A DNA stretch of 64,000 nt. Source: an uncultured bacterium. GTDB lineage: Bacteria; Sysuimicrobiota; Sysuimicrobiia; Sysuimicrobiales; Sysuimicrobiaceae. The DNA is taken from the NCBI GenBank assembly GCA_938028835.1, contig CALIMJ010000013.1:34381-98380 (forward strand), read 5' to 3'. Shown here one piece after another: positions 49,312 to 57,111 of the stretch. The notes beneath the pieces were generated by a model, which saw nothing but the letters and a program-made list of their open reading frames with translations, was not told the DNA's origin and ran no database searches. Position numbers and translations under genes: made by a program. Position 1 is the first letter of the stretch; each line of letters begins with the position of its first letter.

Positions 49312-49452
49312 GTGAGCTGGAGGCGGCAGTTTCTCGTGGTGTGGGTGCTGGCCAGCCTGGCGGTGGGTTCCGCGGGTAGCTGGCCGGCCCGGGCGGAGGC
49401 CTGGCGATGTTGTGAAGACCCGCCTCTGCACAGCGGCCGGCGCGGTGGGTGA
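49312..49452 (+). CDS. candidate 46-codon signal-peptide-like ORF with a Cys-Cys motif
   Basis: GTG 6 nt after GGAGGG. VSWRRQFLVVWVLASLAVGSAGSWPARAEAWRCCEDPPLHSGRRGG. Its TGA stop is in frame with the response-regulator remnant that follows. Weak call. Confidence 0.3.
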   Translation: MSWRRQFLVVWVLASLAVGSAGSWPARAEAWRCCEDPPLHSGRRGG

Positions 49453-49704
49453 GCCTACCATGGCGACGGAGGCGAGCGGTGTCTCGGGGACTGGTGCTGG
49501 GCCCTGGCGTTCTTCCCCGGTCGGGTATGGAGCCGGGAGCAGCTCATCGAGCGGGTGTGGGGCCAGGACTACTTCGGGGACGAGAGGGTGGTGGACGCGC
49601 ACATCAAGGAGCTTCGCCGGAAACTGGGAGACGACCCGGCGCGCCCCTCCTTCATCGGCACGATCCGCGGCGTGGGGTACCGGTTCGTGGACGAGCCGGC
49701 GTAG
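49453..49704 (+). pseudogene. 5'-truncated OmpR-family response regulator (wHTH effector domain only; no receiver domain)
   Basis: Own translation: ...[77 protein letters not shown]-stop at 49702-49704, 1 nt before the kinase ATG. No receiver-like sequence appears in any frame of 49196-49452. Confidence 0.7.
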
Positions 49705-49705
49705 G

Positions 49706-50803
49706 ATGCCCACGCGGCTGTTCCCCAAGCTCCTCCTCGCCTTCCTGGTCGTCATCGCCACCGGCGCGGTGGTGGCCTGGGGGACCGCATGGGGCCTGGC
49801 GCCCCTGGCGTTTGCGGAGCACCTGGCCACCATGGCGGACCGGCTGGGCCGTGAGGCGGGGCTGGTCGACGAGGTGTTCGCGGGATTCCAGCAGGCGGCA
49901 GGCACCGCCGTGCTGGTGGCCGTGGCCGCGTCTGTCCTGGTGGCGTTCGCGGTGGCCACCTTTGTGGCTCGCCGGATCGTGGACCCCATTGAGGCCATGC
50001 GACAGGCCGCGGACCGGATCGCCTCCGGGCGGTACGGGGAGCGGGTTCCGGTGCGGTCCGCGGACGAGCTGGGGGAGCTCGCGGACCAGTTCAACCGTAT
50101 GGCGGCCTCCCTGCAACGCCTGGAGCGCGCCCGCAGGGACCTGATAGCGGACGTGGCGCACGAGCTGCGCACACCTTTGGCAGGCCTGGCGGGCTACCTG
50201 GAAGGCCTGCTGGACGGCGTCCTGGAGCCCTCCCACGAGCTGCTGGGCCGGATGCACCGGGAGGTCCGTCGTCTCGAGCGCCTGGTGGAGGACCTCCAGG
50301 AACTGTCGCGCGTCGAGGCCGGACGGGTGGCGTCGCGGCGAAAGGCCGCGTCGGTCCACGAACTACTGGAGGTGGTGCTCTCCCGGCTCCGGTCGCAGTT
50401 TGTGGACAAAGGGGTGCGCCTAGTGGTGGAGGTACCCGCGGACCTGCCCCACGTGCTCGCAGACCCGGACCGGGTGGCCCAGGCGCTGACCAACCTTCTG
50501 GGGAATACCCTTCAGTACACCCCCTCCGGGGGACAGGTGACCGTACGGGCATGGCGCGTGGACGGGGAGGTGGCGGTGTCGGTGGTCGACACCGGAGTCG
50601 GGATCCCCGCGGAACACCTGCCCCACGTCTTCGAGCGGTTCTACCGGGTCGACCGGTCCCGAGCCCGAGCCGGTGGCGGGACGGGAATCGGGCTGACCAT
50701 CGCCAGGGGCTTGGTGGAGCTCCACGGGGGCCGCATCTGGGCAGAAAGCCCCGGCCCGGGCCGGGGCAGCACCTTCACTTTTACCCTGCCCCGGGCCGGG
50801 TAG
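49706..50803 (+). CDS. sensor histidine kinase (TM-HAMP-HisKA-HATPase_c; CusS/BaeS-like)
   Basis: MPTRLFPKLLLAFLVVIATG..., HAMP DELGELADQFNRMA, H-box LIADVAHELRTPL, N-box GNTLQYTP, and G-boxes DTGVGIP and GGTGIGLTI. Confidence 0.85.
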   Translation: MPTRLFPKLLLAFLVVIATGAVVAWGTAWGLAPLAFAEHLATMADRLGREAGLVDEVFAGFQQAAGTAVLVAVAASVLVAFAVATFVARRIVDPIEAMRQAADRIASGRYGERVPVRSADELGELADQFNRMAASLQRLERARRDLIADVAHELRTPLAGLAGYLEGLLDGVLEPSHELLGRMHREVRRLERLVEDLQELSRVEAGRVASRRKAASVHELLEVVLSRLRSQFVDKGVRLVVEVPADLPHVLADPDRVAQALTNLLGNTLQYTPSGGQVTVRAWRVDGEVAVSVVDTGVGIPAEHLPHVFERFYRVDRSRARAGGGTGIGLTIARGLVELHGGRIWAESPGPGRGSTFTFTLPRAG

Positions 50804-50808
50804 CGTGC

Positions 50809-50849
50809 TTCACGGATTCTTCAGGGACGGCGCAGGTGTCCCTCACGGA
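50809..50849 (+). promoter_or_regulatory. bipartite motif, copy B: TTCACGGATTCTTCA-N18-CTCACGGA
   Basis: Lies 6 nt after the kinase stop. The 3' box runs into the SD GGAGG of the cupredoxin gene (ATG 50858). Confidence 0.5.
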
Positions 50850-50857
50850 GGCCGCGT

Positions 50858-51511
50858 ATGCTGGGTCTTGTGATGGTGTGGATGGTGGCTTTCTGGGTGC
50901 TGGTGGCGGTCCTGGCCGCCGCGGTGGTATCGCTGCTGTTCCCCCGGAACAGCAGTCGGGAGGAGGCGCGCCGGGCCCTGCGGGAACGGCTGGCCCGGGG
51001 CGAGCTCGGGGCGGCGGAGTACCGGGAACGGATGCAAAGCCTGGAAGTGCAGAGCGGGGAGCCACGGGGTTGGGTGGGCGTCGCGGTTGTGGTGCTTCTG
51101 GCGATCGTGACCGTGTGGGCAGTGCTCGCGATGGACGCCGGGTGGGGCATGCACGGCCGCTGGGGCATGCCCGGCATGCCCATGCCCCATATGGGAGGCT
51201 GGAATCCCAGCCCCGGGCCCAGCGCTCGCCCCGGCGGACGGCTCCTGCCCGTGGAGCTGGCGGACTTCACCTTCCGGCCCGGCGTGGTCCGGGTGCGGGC
51301 CGGAGAGCCTGTGAACCTGAGGCTGCTGAACACCGGTCGCGTGCCCCACGACCTGTACGTCCCGGATCTGGATTTCCGCGCCGCGGTGGCTCCGGGGCAG
51401 GAGGTGGTGGCGGGGCTGGTAGCGAACCGGCCCGGGACGTACGAGTTCTACTGCACGGTTCCCGGCCACCGGGAGGCGGGCATGCGGGGGGTCCTGGTGG
51501 TCTCGCCGTAG
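50858..51511 (+). CDS. membrane protein: TM - SHOCT-like motif - TM - Met/His-rich segment - cupredoxin domain
   Basis: 217 aa. LRERLARGELGAAEYRERMQSL is SHOCT-like. WGMHGRWGMPGMPMPHMGGW is Met/His-rich. The C-terminal cupredoxin has ligand context PHD...YCTVPGHREAGM. Confidence 0.7.
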   Translation: MLGLVMVWMVAFWVLVAVLAAAVVSLLFPRNSSREEARRALRERLARGELGAAEYRERMQSLEVQSGEPRGWVGVAVVVLLAIVTVWAVLAMDAGWGMHGRWGMPGMPMPHMGGWNPSPGPSARPGGRLLPVELADFTFRPGVVRVRAGEPVNLRLLNTGRVPHDLYVPDLDFRAAVAPGQEVVAGLVANRPGTYEFYCTVPGHREAGMRGVLVVSP

Positions 51512-51621
51512 GCCCCGCCACGTCCGGCCGACCGGTTCCAAGAAACACCCACGTTCGACTGACGTCCCAGATCGCGTATCGTGGAACCGTACGAATGAGA
51601 ATGCGAAGGGAGGTGTTTCGT

Positions 51622-52107
51622 GTGAGGGCTGGGTTGATCTCTGTCATCACCGTGTTCGTAGTGATGGGGCTCGGGGTACAGCGGGGCGCGGGGGCCGCGG
51701 GCCCGCGGCAGGTGGTGGAGCTGCAGATGAAGGAGTTCGCCTTCGTGCCCGCCACGGTCACCCTCAGGGCCGGCGTGCCTGTGGAGCTGCGTCTGGTAAA
51801 CCGGGGGGTGGTAGAGCACGAGTTCATGGTGTACAACCCAGGCCACATGCGCATGGCGGGGATGGACCCGGATGTCATGCACCGGGAGCTGGAAGCGCGG
51901 TCGTACTTCCGGGGACTGGACGTGCGGGTGGAGGGAAAGGCAAAGAAGGTGGAGCGGATGGGCAAGGACCTGGCCATGATCACCCTCGCCCCGGGCGAGC
52001 GGGTCGTCCTGCGCTTCATGCCCAAGAAGAAGGGTACGTTCGAGGTCGGCTGCCACATCCCGGGCCACTACGAGGCGGGCATGAAGGGGCGTTGGGTGGT
52101 CCGCTAG
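51622..52107 (+). CDS. secreted cupredoxin (plastocyanin/azurin-like) copper protein
   Basis: GTG 51622 lies 8 nt after GAAGGGAGG (ATG 51595 is also possible). Signal/TM segment, then EHEF...GCHIPGHYEAGM copper ligands, and a Met/His-rich loop GHMRMAGMDPDVMH. Confidence 0.75.
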   Translation: MRAGLISVITVFVVMGLGVQRGAGAAGPRQVVELQMKEFAFVPATVTLRAGVPVELRLVNRGVVEHEFMVYNPGHMRMAGMDPDVMHRELEARSYFRGLDVRVEGKAKKVERMGKDLAMITLAPGERVVLRFMPKKKGTFEVGCHIPGHYEAGMKGRWVVR

Positions 52108-52125
52108 GTCCGCCGCGGCGGTGCT

Positions 52126-52905
52126 TCAGGCCTGAGGGGGTGGCGGAGACTGCGGCGCGAGGGGAGCGGGTCTGCGTCGTGGGATCCAGGCCGGGGTGCG
52201 CCGCGCGTACTCCTCGTAGGTGGCCCCGAAGCACCGGGCGAGCTCCGCTTCCTCCCGCCGCGCCTGCCGCACATAGGCGGCGGCGAGCACCGGCCACATC
52301 AGCAGCCCGGGGAGGGTGGGCCAGTGCACCAACCATCCGCCGGTTACCAGCACGAGGCCCAGGTACTGGGGGTGTCGGAGATATCGGTAGGGCCCCGTGG
52401 TGACGAGCGCCTCGCGGTACCGGTAAAGCTCCCTCCACCCGAGGACCACGAGGAGTACGCCCAGGAGGGTGAGGGCGGAGCCCACCGGCATTCCGAAGCG
52501 GTACATGTACGTCATGAACTCCCGCTCGAACAGCGTCCAGCCCAGGGCAGAGGAGAGCAGGTAGGCCGTGAGGGGGAACCCGAACATCTCCGCGAACAGC
52601 GAGATCACGAAGGCCGCGTACAGCCCGTGGGGCCGCCAGTCCCTCCGGGCCCGCACGGGCAGCAACAGCAGGAAGGCCAGGAACAGGGCGGCGGAGATCG
52701 CCACCAGTTCCCACTGGCCGCGGCTGATGGACAGCAGTTCCGCCCGCAAGGGGCTTCCCCAGAGCGCCAGGGAGTGCCCCGCGGCCACCAGGAGGGCGGT
52801 GACGCTAACCGTGGCGGCGCCCACGCCCACTGCGGTCCACAGCCGTTGGCTGCGGGAAGCGGGGAAGGTGGCGTCCTCCGATCCTTGAACCGAAGTCGGC
52901 CTCAT
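52126..52905 (-). CDS. isoprenylcysteine carboxyl methyltransferase (ICMT/PEMT-like) family membrane protein
   Basis: 259 aa and polytopic. The C-terminal motif is GPYRYLRHPQYLGLVLVTGGW. Confidence 0.7.
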   Translation of the reverse strand: MRPTSVQGSEDATFPASRSQRLWTAVGVGAATVSVTALLVAAGHSLALWGSPLRAELLSISRGQWELVAISAALFLAFLLLLPVRARRDWRPHGLYAAFVISLFAEMFGFPLTAYLLSSALGWTLFEREFMTYMYRFGMPVGSALTLLGVLLVVLGWRELYRYREALVTTGPYRYLRHPQYLGLVLVTGGWLVHWPTLPGLLMWPVLAAAYVRQARREEAELARCFGATYEEYARRTPAWIPRRRPAPLAPQSPPPPQA

Positions 52906-53159
52906 GCCAGTCGCGCCCGGGAGAGCAAGATGGTGTTGAGGGCTGCCATGGGCGCAGACAGTCTACAGTCTCTCCAGGAGACCCCTCGCGGGGGGCCGCA
53001 ACGGATTGACCCGGCGCGCCCCCCGCGCGGCGAGGGGGATCTGATCACTACGGAGCCCGCCACGACGTCGCGTCCCTGTCCCTTCGGGACCGGTCGAGAC
53101 TCGCCGGTAAGGAACGCCTCGTTGGCCGACCACGGGGCTGGGCTCGCGTACGGCGGCTG

Positions 53160-53366
53160 CTACGCGGCCACCGGGTACCCTGCCTGCTCCAGGGCTCGCT
53201 TCAGGGCCTCCTCGTCGAAGGCCCCTTCTTCGAAGACCACGCGGACCTCCTTCCCGGCAAGGTCCACGTGCACGGACCGTACGCCCGGTACGCCGCGGGC
53301 TACCCGCTCCACGGTGGCGGCGCACCCGTTGCAGTGCATGCGCGGTACCCGGTACACCTTCTCCAT
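53160..53366 (-). CDS. copZ: copper chaperone CopZ (HMA domain)
   Basis: 68 aa. MEKVYRVPRMHCNGCAATVERVARGVPGVRSVHVDLAGKEVRVVFEEGAFDEEALKRALEQAGYPVAA. Confidence 0.9.
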   Translation of the reverse strand: MEKVYRVPRMHCNGCAATVERVARGVPGVRSVHVDLAGKEVRVVFEEGAFDEEALKRALEQAGYPVAA

Positions 53367-53371
53367 CGCGG

Positions 53372-53593
53372 TCACCTCCCTTCTGCGCGGTTGCGGACCC
53401 ACGGGATGACCACGGGCATGAGGACGATGGTGGTGAGCAGGAACACCCACGCGGCCCCGATCACGCGGCTCGGCCACGAGGTCTCGCCCTTCAGGGTGGC
53501 CAGCACTGCGAAGGCTGCGGCCGCCAGGAAGGAGACGCCCAAGTATACTGCTGCGGCTACCGCGGACGGGTTCCGGACCGCTTTTGCCGACAT
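53372..53593 (-). CDS. small two-TM membrane protein embedded in the cop operon
   Basis: 73 aa. It lies 3 nt after the copA stop and 5 nt before the copZ start, with two hydrophobic helices. No family recognised. Confidence 0.5.
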   Translation of the reverse strand: MSAKAVRNPSAVAAAVYLGVSFLAAAAFAVLATLKGETSWPSRVIGAAWVFLLTTIVLMPVVIPWVRNRAEGR

Positions 53594-53596
53594 CCC

Positions 53597-56158
53597 TCAC
53601 CTCCCCGCGGCCGCAGGGGCCACCGCGCCCTCTGCCCGGGCCCGCTCCGCGGGCCGGTGCCGCCGGCGCACGGGCGGGACGTAGCCGCGCATGCGCTGGG
53701 TGTTCAGGGTCACCGAGAGGGAGCTGGTGGCCATCAGCAACGCAGCCAGCTCCGGGCTCACGATCTGGCGCAGGAACGGGTACAGGATCCCGAAGGCCAG
53801 GGGGATGGCCGCGGTGTTGTACGCGAAGGCCCAGAACAGGTTCTGGCGTACCAACCGCATGGTGGCCCGGGCGATCTGCAGGGCGGCTACCACGTCCAGC
53901 AGGTCGTCCCTCACCAGGACCACGTGGCCGGTCTCCTTCGCCACGTCCGTGCCCGCACCCATGGCAATGCCCACGTCCGCCTGGGCCAGGGCGGGAGCGT
54001 CGTTGATGCCGTCGCCGACCATGGCGACCCGGTAGCCCTGGTCCTGCAGCCGCTTGATCTCCGCAGCCTTCTCTCCGGGAAGGACCTCTGCCAGCACCGT
54101 GTCCATCCCGAGTTGCCTCGCGATGGCCTGCGCGGTGCGGCGGTTGTCGCCAGTGAGCATGGCCACCCGGACGCCCATCGCTCGCAACTCTCGGACAGCC
54201 AGCGGCGTCGTGTCCCGGAGCGTGTCGGCGACGGCCACGATCCCCACGGCCCGGCCGTCCACCGCCACGAACATGGCGGTCCTGCCCTGGGCCTCCAGTT
54301 CCTCGGCCCGCAGCCCGAGTTCGTCCAGCGCCACGCCCTGCTCGGCCATGAGGACGCGGTTGCCGAGCAGGACCGTGTGTCCGTCCACCCGCGCCACCAC
54401 GCCGCGGCCCGGCAGGGCCTGGAACTCTTCAGGGTCCGGGAGGGCGAGCCCCCGCTCCTGAGCAGCCCGCACCACAGCCTCGCCCAGGGGGTGCTCGGAC
54501 CGCTTCTCCGCGGCCGCGGCCCAGGCCAAGACCTGTTCGTCTGCGGCGCCCACCGGGATCACGTCGGTGACGGAAGGAAGTCCCTGGGTCAGGGTACCCG
54601 TCTTGTCGAAGACCACCACCTGGACCTTCGAGAGCGCCTCTACCGCATCTGCGCCGCGGAACAGGATGCCGTACTCCGCGGCTTTGCCGGTGCCGGCCAT
54701 CATGGCCGCGGGGGTGGCCAGCCCCACCGCGCACGGACAGGAGATCACCAGCACCGCGATGGACACCAGGACCGCGAATCCCACAGCGCTGGCGCCCGTC
54801 AGCGCGTAGGGGGTCAGCATCAGGCGCGTCTGGGGGCTGAACCACAGGTCGTAGCCTACGAAGTACCAGAACAGGAAGGTCAGCAGGGCCAGCACGTGCA
54901 CCCAGAAGATGAACCGGCCGGCCACGAAGTCCGCCAGCTTCTGGATGGGAGCCTTGGAGGTCTGGGCCTCCTCCACGAGGCGGATGATCTGGGCGAGAGC
55001 GGTCTCCCGGCCCACGCGGGTGGCCCGGAAGGTGAAGGAGCCGGTCCGGTTCAGGGTGCCGCCGATGACCTCGTCTCCCGCTTTCTTTTCCACCGGGAGG
55101 CTCTCCCCTGTGATCATGGACTGGTCCACCGCGGAGTACCCCTCCAGCACGACCCCGTCCACGGGGATCTGGTCCCCGGGCCGGACCACGAGGACGTCCC
55201 CCACTTCCACTTCGTCCACGGACACCTCCACCTCCTGGCCATCCCGCAGGACCCGCGCGCGGCGCGGCTGCAGCCGCATCAGGCGTCGGATGGCCTCGGA
55301 GGCGCGACCCCGGGTGATGGCCTCCAGGTAGCGGCCCAGGAGGATGAACCACGTGAGCAGCGCGGCAGCTTCGTAGAAGGTGGCCTGGGGACCGCCGAAA
55401 CCCGCCTCCGGCCAGAAGGTGTTCACCACGGCGATGAGGTAAGCGGCGCCGATGCCCGTGGCGTACAGGAGGTTCATGTCCGTGACCCCGCGGCGGAGGC
55501 CGGCAAAGGAGTGAACGAAGAACTGCGAGCCGGGGCCCGCTACGAGGGGCGTGGTGAGCAGGAACAGGACCAGCTTGTTGTGCAGGAACTCCGGGACGAT
55601 CCTGGACAGGAACCCATAGGGTTGGAAGGTACCCAACATCACCAGCAGAGCGAGGGGAGTCGCCACGAGGAGGTTGGTGCGCTGACGCCGGATCTCCCGG
55701 CGGCGGGCCTCCTGCTCGCGGTCCAGGGCTGCGGCACCCTCCACCTTCTCCTCCGCCCCGTAGCCCACCTCGCGCACCGCGGCTACCATCTCCCGAACCG
55801 TCACCGCCCCGGGCAGGTAGTCGACCCGGGCGGTTTCCGTGCTGAGGTTCACGGAGGCGGCGAGCACGCCGGGCAGGGACGCCAGGGCGCGGCGGACGTT
55901 TTCCACGCACGAAGCGCAGCTCATGCCCGTGATGTGCAGGTACGCGGTGGCGCTCCGCAGCCCGTAGCCGATCTCTTCCACGGCGCGCTGCAGGGTCCGC
56001 ACGTCCACGGCAGAGGGGTCGTACTCCACCGTGGCCTGCTCGGTGGCCAGGTTCACCCGTACTTCGTGGACGCCGGGGAGCCGCTGGAGCGCTGCTTCCA
56101 CGTTGGCCACGCACGAGGCACAGGACATGCCCTCGACGGGGAGCACCACTCGGCTCAT
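53597..56158 (-). CDS. copA: copper-translocating P1B-type ATPase with two N-terminal HMA domains
   Basis: Start at [17 protein letters not shown] (residue 123 of the track ORF); its ATG overlaps the csoR stop (ATGA). A second [13 protein letters not shown] is present, with TGES, CPC ([11 protein letters not shown]), DKTGTLT, and [10 protein letters not shown]. Confidence 0.95.
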   Translation of the reverse strand: MSRVVLPVEGMSCASCVANVEAALQRLPGVHEVRVNLATEQATVEYDPSAVDVRTLQRAVEEIGYGLRSATAYLHITGMSCASCVENVRRALASLPGVLAASVNLSTETARVDYLPGAVTVREMVAAVREVGYGAEEKVEGAAALDREQEARRREIRRQRTNLLVATPLALLVMLGTFQPYGFLSRIVPEFLHNKLVLFLLTTPLVAGPGSQFFVHSFAGLRRGVTDMNLLYATGIGAAYLIAVVNTFWPEAGFGGPQATFYEAAALLTWFILLGRYLEAITRGRASEAIRRLMRLQPRRARVLRDGQEVEVSVDEVEVGDVLVVRPGDQIPVDGVVLEGYSAVDQSMITGESLPVEKKAGDEVIGGTLNRTGSFTFRATRVGRETALAQIIRLVEEAQTSKAPIQKLADFVAGRFIFWVHVLALLTFLFWYFVGYDLWFSPQTRLMLTPYALTGASAVGFAVLVSIAVLVISCPCAVGLATPAAMMAGTGKAAEYGILFRGADAVEALSKVQVVVFDKTGTLTQGLPSVTDVIPVGAADEQVLAWAAAAEKRSEHPLGEAVVRAAQERGLALPDPEEFQALPGRGVVARVDGHTVLLGNRVLMAEQGVALDELGLRAEELEAQGRTAMFVAVDGRAVGIVAVADTLRDTTPLAVRELRAMGVRVAMLTGDNRRTAQAIARQLGMDTVLAEVLPGEKAAEIKRLQDQGYRVAMVGDGINDAPALAQADVGIAMGAGTDVAKETGHVVLVRDDLLDVVAALQIARATMRLVRQNLFWAFAYNTAAIPLAFGILYPFLRQIVSPELAALLMATSSLSVTLNTQRMRGYVPPVRRRHRPAERARAEGAVAPAAAGR

Positions 56159-56484
56159 CGCGCACCTCCTGCCTCGAACACCTCCAGCAACTCCTGGATC
56201 ACCCGCTGCCGCTCCTCGGGGTCGTCGGAGCGGATAGCCGTGGTGACGCAGTGGTTCAGGTGGCGCTGCAGGAGCAACGCGTTCACCCGGTCCAGGGCGC
56301 TCTGCACCGCCCTGGTCTGCCGGAGGACGTCGACGCAGTACGCGTCCTCCTCCACCATGCGCAGGATGCCGCGCACGTGCCCCTCGATGCTGCGGAGCCG
56401 GGCCAGGATCTGGTCCTTCGCCCGGGGATCGGTGCCCTGGAAGCTCCTGCCGTGTTGCGTTCGGACTGCCACCTTCGCCTCCAC
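56155..56484 (-). CDS. csoR: copper-sensing repressor CsoR
   Basis: 109 aa, GTG start. [51 protein letters not shown] carries the C-H-C Cu(I) ligand pattern. Confidence 0.9.
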   Translation of the reverse strand: MEAKVAVRTQHGRSFQGTDPRAKDQILARLRSIEGHVRGILRMVEEDAYCVDVLRQTRAVQSALDRVNALLLQRHLNHCVTTAIRSDDPEERQRVIQELLEVFEAGGAR

Positions 56485-56506
56485 CCCTCCCCCCCCGGGG
56501 AGGGGT
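56483..56506 (-). promoter_or_regulatory. candidate CsoR operator: perfect 10-bp inverted repeat ACCCCTCCCC-cccc-GGGGAGGGGT
   Basis: It overlaps the csoR SD and start codon and sits just downstream of the -10. The G/C-tract pseudo-palindrome type is known for CsoR operators. Confidence 0.55.
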
Positions 56507-56514
56507 CCGCGGCC

Positions 56515-56543
56515 ATCCTAGCAAGTTCCCCCCGGAGCGTCAA
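56515..56543 (-). promoter_or_regulatory. sigmaA-like promoter TTGACG-17-TAGGAT for csoR-copA-orf-copZ
   Basis: Read on the minus strand. The -35 overlaps the stop codon of the upstream arsR-family gene. Confidence 0.5.
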
Positions 56544-56941
56544 ACGGTGCGGGGCCGCTGCCGCCTGGTACGGGTCCGGCGGGCCCGGCGGTCGATGAGG
56601 GTGCAGCTGCGGATCCGGTCCGTGTGATCCCGGACCAGCGAGGCGACAACCGCGAGGAGCTCGCGGACCCGGGGATCCGCGACCCGGTAGTACACCCGCC
56701 GGCCCTCCCGCCGGGTCGTTACGTAGCCGCACCACCGCAGGCAGGCGAGGTGGCTGGACACGCGGCCCTGCGGGGAGCCTGTGAGCTGCACGAGCTGGGT
56801 GACGTTCTTCTCCTCGTCCAGCACCAGCTGCAGGATCCGCAGCCGCGTAGGGTCCCCCAGGGCCCGGAAGAACTTAGCCGTGAGGACCTCGTCCGAAAGG
56901 TTCGGCAGAACGAAGGGGGCCGGCATGAGTGTCGAGCGCAT
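56540..56941 (-). CDS. ArsR/SmtB-family metalloregulator, divergent from merA
   Basis: Start at MRSTLMPAPFVL (residue 27 of the track ORF). wHTH FRALGDPTRLRILQLVLDEEKNVTQLVQLTGSPQGRVSSHLACLRWCGYV, with Cys pairs in and after the recognition helix region. Confidence 0.85.
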   Translation of the reverse strand: MRSTLMPAPFVLPNLSDEVLTAKFFRALGDPTRLRILQLVLDEEKNVTQLVQLTGSPQGRVSSHLACLRWCGYVTTRREGRRVYYRVADPRVRELLAVVASLVRDHTDRIRSCTLIDRRARRTRTRRQRPRTV

Positions 56942-57005
56942 CGCGCATCCCTCCGTACAGGATGTATACGGCCAATCGGATCGCAACTGCAGCGTACCGG
57001 GAATC

Positions 57006-57037
57006 CGCAGCCCACGCAAGGAAGGGCGTGGGCTGCG
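57006..57037. promoter_or_regulatory. perfect 12-8-12 inverted repeat CGCAGCCCACGC-aaggaagg-GCGTGGGCTGCG in the arsR-type/merA divergent intergenic region
   Basis: Read directly. No T-tract follows on either strand, so it is a candidate operator or UTR hairpin rather than a terminator. Confidence 0.5.
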
Positions 57038-57111
57038 CCCTCAGGAGGTGTATTCTGATCCCGTCAGAGCCGTTCGGTTGGCTCGAAGCAGGAGGGAGCG
57101 ATGGAGATCGG

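Noticed and set aside
51533-51589. Long-range 8-bp complement CGGTTCCA ... TGGAACCG between the two cupredoxin genes as a regulatory hairpin
   Set aside because: The arms are 41 nt apart, with no supporting inner pairing or U-tract. This is plausible by chance in a short GC-rich spacer.
53657-56521. 954-aa ORF on the + strand
   Set aside because: It is exactly antisense to copA. The translation is Gly/Arg/Pro/His-rich and low in complexity with no motifs. This is a typical stop-free shadow frame in high-GC DNA.
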